Source of the DNA: Spirochaetota bacterium
Lineage (GTDB): Bacteria > Spirochaetota > UBA4802 > UBA5550
Reading direction: 5' to 3'
DNA length: 64,000 bases
Assembly (NCBI GenBank): GCA_041737965.1
Contig: JBGSQT010000030.1
Coordinates: 6,633 to 70,632, forward strand
Part shown: piece by piece, positions 1 through 9,058 of the stretch
How the letters are laid out: every line of letters begins with the position of its first letter
How positions within the stretch are numbered: position 1 is the stretch's first letter
The notes under the pieces: generated by a model
Databases searched by the model: none
What the model was told of the DNA's origin: nothing
What the model saw: only the letters and a program-made list of their open reading frames with translations
Position numbers and translations under genes: made by a program

Positions 1-672
1 GACGGCTTCCTCTTCCCAGGAAGGAAGGCTGGAATCCATAAGGTCTCTGGCCGATTCCACCGTCAATTCGTATGCGGCCTTGACGATCAGAAGCGCCACA
101 AGAATCGCGGCGACAGGGTCTATCCACCAGATCGACAAACCCGGCATAAAACGTCCGGCAAGCCAGTAGATGGCAAGCGCCGCCATTACGCCTGCGGAGG
201 TATACACGTCGGTGCGGAGATGCATGCCGTCGGCCTTGAGGGCGATGGAGTCCGTCTTTTTCCCCGCGCTGAAAAGCAGGTGGGATACGATGAAATTCGC
301 GCCCGCCGACACTGCCATTACCGCGATGCCCCAGCCGATGTCCTCCATCGGTTCCGGGGCAATGAGTTTCAGGACCGCTTCATAAATTATCCATCCTGCC
401 GCGAGAAATATCAGGAGGGCTTCGATCGTTCCGGCGATGTTTTCGATTTTTCCATGGCCGTAGGGGTGGGATTCATCTCCAGGCTTTGACGATACCTTGA
501 CCGCAAAGAACGCGATTACGGCGGCGACGAGATCCATGCCGGAATGAATCGCTTCCGAAATGACGGAGACGGAGCCGATCGTAAGCCCCACGGTCAGTTT
601 CATCACAACCAGGGACAGGTTTGATGCCACAGAGACTGCGGCAGTTCTTATTTTTAGTTTTTGAGCATTCAT
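1..672 (-). CDS. Cation diffusion facilitator (CzcD/FieF family) transporter, 5' part; runs off the left edge
   Basis: Not in the ORF track. Manual translation from the ATG at 672 gives MNAQKLKIRTAAVSVASNLSLVVMKLTVGLTIGSVSVISEAIHSGMD...HPYGHGKIENIAG...ADGMHLRTDVYTS, with the CDF TM2 HxxxD, HPYGHG and TM5 HxxxD motifs. Confidence 0.93.
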   Translation of the reverse strand, partial: MNAQKLKIRTAAVSVASNLSLVVMKLTVGLTIGSVSVISEAIHSGMDLVAAVIAFFAVKVSSKPGDESHPYGHGKIENIAGTIEALLIFLAAGWIIYEAVLKLIAPEPMEDIGWGIAVMAVSAGANFIVSHLLFSAGKKTDSIALKADGMHLRTDVYTSAGVMAALAIYWLAGRFMPGLSIWWIDPVAAILVALLIVKAAYELTVESARDLMDSSLPSWEEEAV

Positions 673-693
673 GGTTTTCTCCTTGCCCGGCGG

Positions 694-1245
694 TTATACA
701 TATCTTCTGACGCGGGACGAGTATTCAATCCATTCCTCCGGGCAACGTTTCCGGATGAAACGCTCCTCGGCGATGACGATGGTATGATGCGCATATATCG
801 ACACCGCTAGAAGCGGGAACAGAAACGGATTTCCCGTATACAGAAGTGCCGCGCCATCGATCAGGTAGAATCCGATGTACATCGGGTTGCGGGATACGCG
901 GTAAATCCCCGATTTCCTCAACTGCAGCGATTCCGACAGGCCGAACCTGAGATTCATCCCCAGGGTGAGGAAAGAGGCTGTTACAAACACGGAACCTGCG
1001 ACAAACAGGATAAATCCCGCGTATCGGACGGGAGCCGGTACCGGGAACAAGGAAAGATCGGCGACCGAAATATGCAGCGCCAGGATGATCCACAGCGAAA
1101 TGTTGCAAATTTTCCCGAGAAAGAAAATGAAGGAACCGATGGGAGGGGTGCCGAAGAATTCCCCCGTTGCCGCAAGAGACCGGACCGAATTTGTCCCGAG
1201 AATAACGACCATGACCGCGAAGAGTATCTGCATCGTGAGTTCCAT
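694..1245 (-). CDS. Isoprenylcysteine carboxyl methyltransferase / PEMT-family membrane methyltransferase
   Basis: Multi-TM protein with L-x-x-SGIYRVSRNPMYIG and EERF...WIEYSSRVRRY family motifs. Confidence 0.85.
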   Translation of the reverse strand: MELTMQILFAVMVVILGTNSVRSLAATGEFFGTPPIGSFIFFLGKICNISLWIILALHISVADLSLFPVPAPVRYAGFILFVAGSVFVTASFLTLGMNLRFGLSESLQLRKSGIYRVSRNPMYIGFYLIDGAALLYTGNPFLFPLLAVSIYAHHTIVIAEERFIRKRCPEEWIEYSSRVRRYV

Positions 1246-1266
1246 CGAGTGCCTCCGTAAATCTTT

Positions 1267-1635
1267 TCAATAGATAAAAGGAATGTACCTCGCCGTTCGC
1301 TTCGTGTATGAAGCGAATCGGTCATCGAAAAGGCCGTAAAGGTATTCCTCTTCGCACCGCACCTGTATCTCAAGGAAAAAATAAAATATTAGGCAGAATA
1401 CGGCGATTGAGAATGTCGGCCAGATCGTCCAGATTCCTCCGAGAAGAATGAATAATCCGAGATACGTGGGGTTCCTGATGAAACGATACAGCCCACCTGT
1501 CACCAGTTCGGGCGGGTTGTTCTCGTCGATTCCCACCCTCCACGATTTTCCCATTTTTATCTGCCATCTTCTTTTTAACTCCCACTGGGTCATAAAAAGA
1601 AAAAATAGAATCAGGATGTATGCGGTTCCGATCAT
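1267..1635 (-). CDS. Second ICMT/PEMT-family membrane methyltransferase (short, 122 aa)
   Basis: SWRVGID...LVTGGLYRFIRNPTYLG...EEEYL...Y-x-x-RTARY motifs; ATGA overlap with the upstream gene. May be N-terminally truncated. Confidence 0.8.
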   Translation of the reverse strand: MIGTAYILILFFLFMTQWELKRRWQIKMGKSWRVGIDENNPPELVTGGLYRFIRNPTYLGLFILLGGIWTIWPTFSIAVFCLIFYFFLEIQVRCEEEYLYGLFDDRFASYTKRTARYIPFIY

Positions 1636-2126
1636 GACCTGGCCTCCTCCGCTTTTTTATTCCGTATAAGTTCAGCCAGCATGTTGAATTCATAGTGTGC
1701 GTGCCCGTCCAACTCCCGCTCAAAAGATTTTGTCAGCCGCAATCGTATCAGCGGATCAAAAAATCTTCCCGGACCATTGAAACCGGCGGTCAGCTCGTGA
1801 ATGATTTTCGTCTCTTCGCCCTTGGCCTCAAAAGCGATGTCAAGCCAGGCCGGAAGCCGGAATATTTTTATGATCTGCCATCGGATTCTATTTCCGGGGT
1901 CGTAAGCCGTTATTGTGCCCCTGAATTTAAGCCTGTAGCCTCCGACAAACTCGTCGAAGTAGACGACATTTCCCTTTTCTCCGGGATATCTTTTAATCGT
2001 ATGAAACTGAAGATGGGTGCCCGGCCACCATTGCCGATACATGTCATCGGTGCAACTGATGAAAAAATCCCCGATTTCTTTGCCCGATACACCCCTGACG
2101 GTGACTTCAGATTTGATCTTTATCAT
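1632..2126 (-). CDS. SRPBCC/START-fold hypothetical protein
   Basis: AAGGAGG RBS before the ATG at 2126; YRQWWPGTH motif, beta-rich core and long C-terminal helix fit a Bet v1/SRPBCC fold. Confidence 0.6.
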   Translation of the reverse strand: MIKIKSEVTVRGVSGKEIGDFFISCTDDMYRQWWPGTHLQFHTIKRYPGEKGNVVYFDEFVGGYRLKFRGTITAYDPGNRIRWQIIKIFRLPAWLDIAFEAKGEETKIIHELTAGFNGPGRFFDPLIRLRLTKSFERELDGHAHYEFNMLAELIRNKKAEEARS

Positions 2127-2151
2127 GACACGCCTCCTTAATGAATAGAAT

Positions 2152-2190
2152 AAAAAAAGCCCCATGGGTCCCGAAGTCCCACAGGGCTTT
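2152..2190 (-). terminator. Intrinsic terminator (expression platform of the NiCo riboswitch)
   Basis: AAAGCCCUGUGGG / CCCAUGGGGCUUU 13-bp stem (two GU pairs) ending in a U7 run. Confidence 0.85.
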
Positions 2191-2248
2191 CCCTGCTGCC
2201 GATGGCGGCCCGCCCGCGCTCACGAAGTAAGAGCCGGCTGATCTTCAC
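2171..2248 (-). ncRNA. NiCo (czcD) metal-sensing riboswitch aptamer
   Basis: Four-way junction: GAAG-AUCAGCC...GGC-GG-GCCG(CCAU)CGGC-AG-CAGGG(AAAG)CCCUG-UGGGA-CUUC. It follows the NiCo pattern GAnCAG..CGGGC..GGCArCAG..CUGUGGGAC, overlaps a terminator and precedes a CDF gene. Confidence 0.85.
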
Positions 2249-2271
2249 TCGATAACGTTTGTATTCCCTGA

Positions 2272-2634
2272 TTATTCCGTTAGGTGTTTCATCCCCTGAA
2301 TCAGTATTCTTTTAACGTGCATATCGCTTGCCCTGTAGTAGACGTTCTGCCCGGATTTTCTTGAGGAAACCATCCGCACCTGTTTTAATGTTCGCAGCTG
2401 ATGCGATACCGACGAAAGGGACATCTTCAGGAGAGTTGAAATGTCGCAGACGCACATTTCCGACGCAAAGAGCGCAAACAGGATTTTCATGCGCGTCGGG
2501 TCGCCGCATATTTTAAAGAACGCGGCGAGCTCCGAAATGTTCTCCTCGGGCGGCATCTTTCCCGTGATTTTTTTTACGAGATCGTGATTTACCGTTTTAC
2601 AGCCGCATGGAACGTCATCGTTTCTTGTTTTCAT
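2272..2634 (-). CDS. ArsR/SmtB-family metal-responsive repressor (CadC/SmtB-like)
   Basis: N-terminal CGC, FKICGDPTRMKIL, EMCVCDI, SSVSHQLRTLK, DMHV...H motifs. Start moved to MKTRND because the longer start overlaps the operator. Confidence 0.92.
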   Translation of the reverse strand: MKTRNDDVPCGCKTVNHDLVKKITGKMPPEENISELAAFFKICGDPTRMKILFALFASEMCVCDISTLLKMSLSSVSHQLRTLKQVRMVSSRKSGQNVYYRASDMHVKRILIQGMKHLTE

Positions 2635-2640
2635 GAAGTC

Positions 2641-2675
2641 AATATATGGATTACTTGAGCAAATATTCAAGTAAT
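2641..2675 (-). promoter_or_regulatory. Sigma70-like promoter with overlapping ArsR-type operator
   Basis: Inverted repeat ATTACTTGA-N8-TCAAGTAAT (2650-2675); on the minus strand TTGAAT-N18-TATATT ends 6 nt before the ATG. Confidence 0.6.
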
Positions 2676-3167
2676 ATTTCATGTCGGTACAGAAAAAAAC
2701 CGATTTGTTATATATGCATAATAATGTTCGCTGTTTCTTGCCGATGGAAATGCAATTTTCGAAAAAGACCCATAACGGATGATCCGGTGAATTGGTGTTC
2801 CCTTCCCCCTTTTCACGACCGGCTGAGAAGCCGCGGAATCAACCACGGCAATGTGTCGAACCCCGACAATATCTCGAGGCCATCAGGCTGTCCTTCAGTT
2901 TCAAGTCTCTGGGACTGCAACTGTGTGACGAGGGCTTGAAAAAACTTATGGGGTTCAAGGAAGCGGGCTGAAAGATTGAATCTGACGCTCCATGAATGGC
3001 TCGTATATGGGTCAGGAACAGGCATATGGACGAAAATAGGATCAAACCGGTCCAGAAGCCGATCCGCCGGATCGATATCCGGCTTAATTATTGTCGTTTA
3101 ACATAAAAATCATGTTTACACCGGGATATCCTTCAGGTATACTATCTGATTCCGGAGCGGCAATGGC

Positions 3168-6100
3168 ATGACACTTTCAGACATCTCCATCAAAAACACG
3201 GTGTTCGCCTGGATCCTTATGTTCGGCCTGATTATTTTCGGGCTCATCGGATTCAGCCGCATGGGCATAAGCCTTCTTCCGGACGTCGACTTCCCGGTCC
3301 TCAACGTCGCCGTCACCTGGCCGGGGGCCTCGCCGGAAACCATGGAGTCCTCGGTCGCCGACGTGCTGGAGGATTCGGTGATGAGCATCGAGGGCATCAA
3401 AAACGTCAGCTCCGTGTCGCAGGAGGGGCTCACCAACATCACCATAGAGTTCCAGCTGAACAGGCGCATCGACTCCGCCCTGCAGGAGGTGCAGACGAAA
3501 ATCCTTCAGGCCCAGAGGAACCTGCCGACGGACATCGACCCCCCGATCGTGACCAAATCCAATCCTGAGGACAGGCCCATTATGTGGATGGCCGTAAGCG
3601 GCTCCAGCGGCCTGAGGGAGATGAGCCTTTTCGTCCGCGACAGGCTCAAGGGGATGATGGCAACCACCGAAGGGGTGGGGGACATACGCCTGGGCGGCTA
3701 CATCGAGCCGAACATGAGGATCTGGCTCGACAACGACGCGATGCGGCGGATGGAGATAACCGTCGACGACGTAATATACACCGTCACCAGCCAGCACACG
3801 CTCACCCCGTCCGGCTACATGGAGAAGGGCCCTGACGAGGCAAACGTCCGGGTGCTCTCCGAGGCTCGCACGCCGGGGGAATTCGAACGGCTGGTCATCT
3901 CCAGGCGGAGCGGCGAGCCGGTGTGGAGGGAGATCAGGCTCGGAAGCGTGGCCACCGCGGAGGCGGGGCTTGCCGACATACGGCGCATCTCCCGTTACAG
4001 GGGGGCGCAGTCCGTGGGGATGGGCATCATCAAACAGCGCGGGTCGAACGCGGTCGCCGTGGGGCGGGCCGTTAAAAAGAAGATGGCCGACATGCGCAAG
4101 GCCGGCCTGCTCCCGCGGGGCGTGGATCTCAACATCGTCGGCGACAACACGAAATTCATCGAGGATTCCACGCGGGAGCTGATATTCACCCTGATGATGT
4201 CGGTGCTCCTGACGTCTCTGGTGTGCTGGCTTTTCCTGGGCTCCTGGAGCTCCGCCTTCAACGTGATCCTGGCGATCCCCACGTCGCTCATCGGCTCCTT
4301 TATCGTGTTTTATTTCCTCGATTTCACCCTGAACACCTTCACCCTTCTGGCGCTCTCTCTCTCCATCGGGATAGTGGTGGACGACGCGATCATGGTGCTG
4401 GAGAACATCGTCCGCCATTTCCAGGAGGGCATGAGCAGGGTGAAGGCGGCAATCGTCGGGGCCCGGGAAATCACTTCCGCCGCCGTCGCGTCATCCCTCG
4501 CCATCCTGGCGATCTTCCTTCCGGTGGTGTTCATGGAGGGCATCATAGGCAGGTTTTTCTTCCAGTTCGGCGTGGCCATCTCGGTTGCGGTCTTTCTCTC
4601 TCTTCTGGAGGCTCTGACCCTCACCCCCATGCGGTGTTCGCAGATGATGAAAAAGGGGGGCGAAAACGTCATTGAAAGGGGGATGGACCGCATGATGGGG
4701 GCCCTCTCCCGGGGTTACGGCGCGGTTCTGTCCCGGTGCCTCGTCAACCGGTGGAAGGTGCTGGGAGGGGCGCTGGCGGTTTTTCTATTCTCCCTGCTTC
4801 TCATTCCCGGCATCAGTAAGGAGTTTGTGCCGCCGCAGGACCAGGGGAATTTTCTCGTCAACCTCCGAATGCCGCTTGGGTCCTCGTTGGAGCGCACCGA
4901 CGGCGTGTTCAGGAAAGCCGAGAAAATACTGGCCTCTCGCCCCGAGGTGGAAGCCTTCTACTGCGCCATCGGCGGGTTCCAGGGGGGGCTTGTCAACCAG
5001 GGGATAATAATCGTGACGCTCAAGGACCTCGAGAAAAGGCCCTTTGGGCCGCCCTTTGCCGCGCGACCGCGACAGCAGGAGTTCATGGCATTTCTGCGCG
5101 GGAGGCTGAAAACGATCCCGGAGATCGAACAGGTCACCGTCATGGATCCGTCGCTCTCCGGGTTTTCCGCGAGCAGGGGGTACCCGATCCAGTTTTCACT
5201 GCAGGGGCCGGACTGGGGGACGCTCGCCGATTTATCGGAAAAGATTTCAGGGGAGATGACGCGGTCCGGCCTGGTGACGGACGTTGACACGGACCTCCAG
5301 ATGGGGATGCCGGAATTGAGGGTCGCGCCTGACCGGGACAGGGCCGCGGCCAGGGGGGTCACGGTGGCCTCCATCGCCAACACCATCAGCGCCGCGGTGG
5401 GGAGCCTCCGGGTCGGGAAGTACACCGACGAATCCGGGCACCGGAACGACATCAGGATCAAACTTCTGGAAAAGTACAGCCGCCGTTCCGCGGACATCGG
5501 ACGGATTATCGTGCGCAATATCCACGGCGAGACGGTGGAGCTGAAAGAGGTGGTCAATATAACGAAGGAGCCGTCGCTGCTCACCGTCACCAGGTATAAC
5601 AGGGAGCGGGCCATCACCGTGTTCTCAAATATCGCGCCGGATAAGTCCCAGGGCGACGTGATCGGCTTTATCGAGAGGACCGCGGCGCGGATACTCCCCG
5701 CCGGGTACCATCTGATTTTTTCCGGAAGCTCCCAGACCTTCAGGGAATCCTTCGAGAGCCTGATGTTCGCGCTCCTGCTGGGGATAGTGGTGGCGTACAT
5801 GGTGCTGGGCACCCAGTTCAACAGCTTCCTGCACCCGGTGGTCATACTTCTCTCGCTCCCCTTCAGCGCCACCGGCGCCTTTATAGCCCTCAAGATCACC
5901 GGCACTTCGCTCAACATCTACAGCATGATAGGGCTTCTCCTGCTCATGGGGATCGTGAAAAAAAATTCCATACTTCTGGTGGATTTCACCAACCGCCGCC
6001 GCGTCGCCGGAATGAAGGTGCGCGAAGCGCTCATGGACGCCTGCCCGGTGAGGCTCCGGCCCATCGTAATGACCAGTATCGCCACGGTTGCCGCGGCGAT

Positions 6101-6305
6101 ACCCCCGGCCATGGCCCTCGGGCCCGGTTCGGAAACGATCCGGCCCATGGCGGTGGTCGTCATCGGCGGCGTCATTTTTTCAACAGTTCTGACGCTTCTC
6201 GTGGTTCCCTGCGCCTACAGCCTTCTCTCGAGGTTTGAAAGCCGAAGGCACCGTGCGGAGCTTCGCGAGGCGCTGGAGTCGCTCGGGGAGCTTTCGGAAA
6301 AATAA
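3168..6305 (+). CDS. RND efflux transporter permease (AcrB/AcrD/AcrF family)
   Basis: 1045 aa; LPDVDFP, GIVVDDAIMVLENI, GIVKKNSILLVDF and RLRPIVMT motifs. Confidence 0.96.
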   Translation: MTLSDISIKNTVFAWILMFGLIIFGLIGFSRMGISLLPDVDFPVLNVAVTWPGASPETMESSVADVLEDSVMSIEGIKNVSSVSQEGLTNITIEFQLNRRIDSALQEVQTKILQAQRNLPTDIDPPIVTKSNPEDRPIMWMAVSGSSGLREMSLFVRDRLKGMMATTEGVGDIRLGGYIEPNMRIWLDNDAMRRMEITVDDVIYTVTSQHTLTPSGYMEKGPDEANVRVLSEARTPGEFERLVISRRSGEPVWREIRLGSVATAEAGLADIRRISRYRGAQSVGMGIIKQRGSNAVAVGRAVKKKMADMRKAGLLPRGVDLNIVGDNTKFIEDSTRELIFTLMMSVLLTSLVCWLFLGSWSSAFNVILAIPTSLIGSFIVFYFLDFTLNTFTLLALSLSIGIVVDDAIMVLENIVRHFQEGMSRVKAAIVGAREITSAAVASSLAILAIFLPVVFMEGIIGRFFFQFGVAISVAVFLSLLEALTLTPMRCSQMMKKGGENVIERGMDRMMGALSRGYGAVLSRCLVNRWKVLGGALAVFLFSLLLIPGISKEFVPPQDQGNFLVNLRMPLGSSLERTDGVFRKAEKILASRPEVEAFYCAIGGFQGGLVNQGIIIVTLKDLEKRPFGPPFAARPRQQEFMAFLRGRLKTIPEIEQVTVMDPSLSGFSASRGYPIQFSLQGPDWGTLADLSEKISGEMTRSGLVTDVDTDLQMGMPELRVAPDRDRAAARGVTVASIANTISAAVGSLRVGKYTDESGHRNDIRIKLLEKYSRRSADIGRIIVRNIHGETVELKEVVNITKEPSLLTVTRYNRERAITVFSNIAPDKSQGDVIGFIERTAARILPAGYHLIFSGSSQTFRESFESLMFALLLGIVVAYMVLGTQFNSFLHPVVILLSLPFSATGAFIALKITGTSLNIYSMIGLLLLMGIVKKNSILLVDFTNRRRVAGMKVREALMDACPVRLRPIVMTSIATVAAAIPPAMALGPGSETIRPMAVVVIGGVIFSTVLTLLVVPCAYSLLSRFESRRHRAELREALESLGELSEK

Positions 6306-6344
6306 TGCTTGTCAAAATCGGTCCGTTTGAAGAGCGTCAAAAGC

Positions 6345-6719
6345 GCGGAGGGGACCGGGCGGCAGCGCTAGCCCCCGCAAGGGGGCGGTGAGGAAAGTCC
6401 GAACACCGCAGGGCAGGGCGCCGGGTAACACCCGGGCGCCGCGAGGCGATGGAAAGTGCAACAGAAAAGATACCGTCCCTAATCCTTTTTGGCTCCGGCC
6501 GGAGAGGAGCAGGGATAAGGGTGAAATGGCGAGGTAAGAGCTCACCGCGCCTTCCGCAAGGAAGACGGCATGGTAAACCCCGCCCGGTGCAAGACCAAGC
6601 AGACAGCCGCCCGAGGACTGCCCGTCCGAGGCTGTGGGTGGGTCGCAAGGAGGCGCGCGGCGACGCGCGTCCAAGATAGATTGCCGCAGAGACAGAATTC
6701 GGCTTACGGTCCCCTCCGC
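6345..6719 (+). ncRNA. rnpB: RNase P RNA, bacterial type A
   Basis: GAGGAAAGUCCGAACAC, GGAAAGUGCAACAGAAA, GGUAAACCCC and ACAGAAUUCGGCUUAC conserved blocks; P1 formed by GCGGAGGGGACCG / CGGUCCCCUCCGC. Confidence 0.97.
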
Positions 6720-6893
6720 ACATTTTACCGTTCTTTCATGCTGTTATGCGACATAAGGCGTGTTTCGCGCGGTTTTATTCGGCGTGGCCCATAATTTTAA
6801 CTTGATATTCCCGGTCGATTGTTGCATACTTGTTTCGGCACGGCGGAGGGCCGTGACAGGGAACAAGCGCAGACCGGCGTCAAGGAGCGGCAT

Positions 6894-7190
6894 ATGAAGA
6901 GGACCATAATTATAGTTGCAGCGCTGTCAGTGTTGATGCTGGCGACAAGTTTTCTCTACAGCAGAAACCGGAAAAATTACCAGATCGCGGAACTCTATGT
7001 GTGCGACTCCAGCCTTGTGACCGCGGAACTTCAGGCGATGACTAAGGTGAGCAGGCAGGATCTCTATACGGTCAGTTACTGCAACTGTCTCGGCTTCGAC
7101 TCGGAGCTTCAGGGCGAAGTGAGGGGGGAATGCGTGCCGCCTCGGGACACGGTCTATCTCTGCACCTGCATAGGCAAATCGAGTTATTGA
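6894..7190 (+). CDS. Small exported Cys-rich hypothetical protein (98 aa)
   Basis: AAGGAG RBS; signal-like MKRTIIIVAALSVLMLATS; six Cys including two CxC; 10 nt upstream of sppA. Confidence 0.7.
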   Translation: MKRTIIIVAALSVLMLATSFLYSRNRKNYQIAELYVCDSSLVTAELQAMTKVSRQDLYTVSYCNCLGFDSELQGEVRGECVPPRDTVYLCTCIGKSSY

Positions 7191-7200
7191 GGGCGTTTTA

Positions 7201-8151
7201 ATGGACAGAAACAGGAAAATTTTGGTGGCCATCCTCGCTGTGGTGGCCTTTTCGGCGGTTCTGGCCGTCATTGATATCTCCCTTACCATGCAGGAGAGGG
7301 TTCGCGGCGGTCCGTCGCTTGAGCTGCCCAGGACCGGGCCGGGCGTCGGGATTGTGAGAATCGAGGGGCCCATCGATTTTTCCGAAAGCGCGAGCCCCTT
7401 CGGGATCATGTCCGGGGCGGAGTCGGTGATCCGAAAGCTCGATGCACTCTACAGGAACCCGGACATCCGCGCCATTGTCGTCAGGATTAACTCGCCCGGG
7501 GGAACGGTCGGGGCGACCCAGGAAATATACCAGAAGATTGCGGCCCTTCGCAAGAAAAACGTGATCATCGTGGCGTCGATGGGGGAGATCGCAGCGTCCG
7601 GGGGGTACTACGTCGCTTCAGCCTGCAGCAAGATTGTGGCCAACCAGGGGACGCTCACCGGGTCCATCGGCGTGATAATCATGTCGCCCAACCTTCGGCA
7701 GCTCTTTGAGAAGCTCGGCATCACCATGACCGTGATCAAGAGCGGGAAATACAAGGACATATTGAGCACGTTCCGCGAAATGACCTCCGAAGAACGGGAA
7801 CTCATCCAGGAACTTATCGACTCGTCGTACCGGAAATTCGTGAGCGACGTTGCGCTGGGAAGGAACATGAACAAGGACGAGATCATGCCCTACGCGGACG
7901 GGCGCATCATGACCGGAGAGAAGGCGCTGGAGTGCAAGCTTACGGACATGGTGGGCACCTTTGAAGACGCCGTGAATGAGGCGAGAAAAATGGCGAAGCT
8001 CCCCGATGATTCGGCGGTGTACGACGAGGTGAAGAGCCCGTTTCAGCAGTTTCTTTTTTCCATGGAGGGGATGTTCCGCGGCGGAAACATGATGGAGAGG
8101 TCTTTCAAGCTCGACAGCTACAGCATACTTCAGTACCGGTACCAGCCATGA
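7201..8151 (+). CDS. sppA: Signal peptide peptidase SppA (S49)
   Basis: RINSPGG, AASGGYYVA, TGSIGV and KSGKYKD motifs. Confidence 0.95.
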   Translation: MDRNRKILVAILAVVAFSAVLAVIDISLTMQERVRGGPSLELPRTGPGVGIVRIEGPIDFSESASPFGIMSGAESVIRKLDALYRNPDIRAIVVRINSPGGTVGATQEIYQKIAALRKKNVIIVASMGEIAASGGYYVASACSKIVANQGTLTGSIGVIIMSPNLRQLFEKLGITMTVIKSGKYKDILSTFREMTSEERELIQELIDSSYRKFVSDVALGRNMNKDEIMPYADGRIMTGEKALECKLTDMVGTFEDAVNEARKMAKLPDDSAVYDEVKSPFQQFLFSMEGMFRGGNMMERSFKLDSYSILQYRYQP

Positions 8152-8753
8152 ACCTTGATTCATTCAGGTCGATGCAGTGGGTTGATTATTTAATGTACGC
8201 CCTCACTGATCCGGGGGCTCTGTACCGCCTTCTTCAGAGAAAAAAGGAAAGCGCCCAGCTGGCGGTCAGCTTTCTTGTGCCGGTTACCGTGCTTTTTCTG
8301 GACATCATCGCTTCGTCCCTGCTCCGCACCGAAACCGATTTTTTCTACACGAAATTGACGTACGGGTGGCTCCTTTCGATTTTCATTACGCTGTTCACCG
8401 TCACCGCGGCGGCATCGCTCATGGACGGCTTTGCCCAGATACTCGGGTACCGGGGCAACATGAAGGAGATGGTTGTGCTGGTGAATTTTTCCCAGATGCC
8501 GAAGGCGCTTCTTCTTCCGGGGATGCTCATTTTCAGGACGCTGCATTTCGCGGCGCCGTTTTTCTATGTTTTTCTCTCGTTCCTGTTTGTCATCTGGTCG
8601 GCCTTTATCGCGGTGAAGGGGATCGCGGAGATGCATGACTGCGGCCCGGGGCGTGCGCTGCTGATTTACCTGTTTCCGTTTCTTTTCGCAGGCATCACCG
8701 CCTTCTTTGTCCTTGTCGTCTCGGCCCTCTATCTGGCGCGGTATCTCTCATAA
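8148..8753 (+). CDS. Yip1-family membrane protein
   Basis: About five TM segments, LTDPG near the N-terminus; ATGA-coupled to sppA. Confidence 0.7.
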   Translation: MNLDSFRSMQWVDYLMYALTDPGALYRLLQRKKESAQLAVSFLVPVTVLFLDIIASSLLRTETDFFYTKLTYGWLLSIFITLFTVTAAASLMDGFAQILGYRGNMKEMVVLVNFSQMPKALLLPGMLIFRTLHFAAPFFYVFLSFLFVIWSAFIAVKGIAEMHDCGPGRALLIYLFPFLFAGITAFFVLVVSALYLARYLS

Positions 8754-8781
8754 GTCCGCCCGCGGTCCCGCAATGCGGCCC

Positions 8782-9009
8782 TCACTGCGGCATGATAGTC
8801 CATTCCACCGTCATCTCCCCGAGCGCTCTTTCCGCCTCTTCGGTGTGCCCGGAATCGATTCGTATGCAAATCCCGCAGTCCATGCTTATATGCTTCGGCA
8901 CCGGGATCATTTTGTGCGGAATATTCGACCGCTTCAGGATGGAATCCGCCCACATGGCGTGGTTGACCGATTGAAAAAGGACGATGCTGAATTTTAACCC
9001 GTCGTCCAT
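8782..9009 (-). CDS. DUF3343-family small protein (putative Se/S carrier-like)
   Basis: F-x-S-x-x-HAM...IPVPKHISMDCGICIR matches the family pattern. Confidence 0.8.
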   Translation of the reverse strand: MDDGLKFSIVLFQSVNHAMWADSILKRSNIPHKMIPVPKHISMDCGICIRIDSGHTEEAERALGEMTVEWTIMPQ

Positions 9010-9058
9010 TCATCCCTCTCCTGCGGATCTTCCTGCACGATGCGCCGCGCGTTTCATG

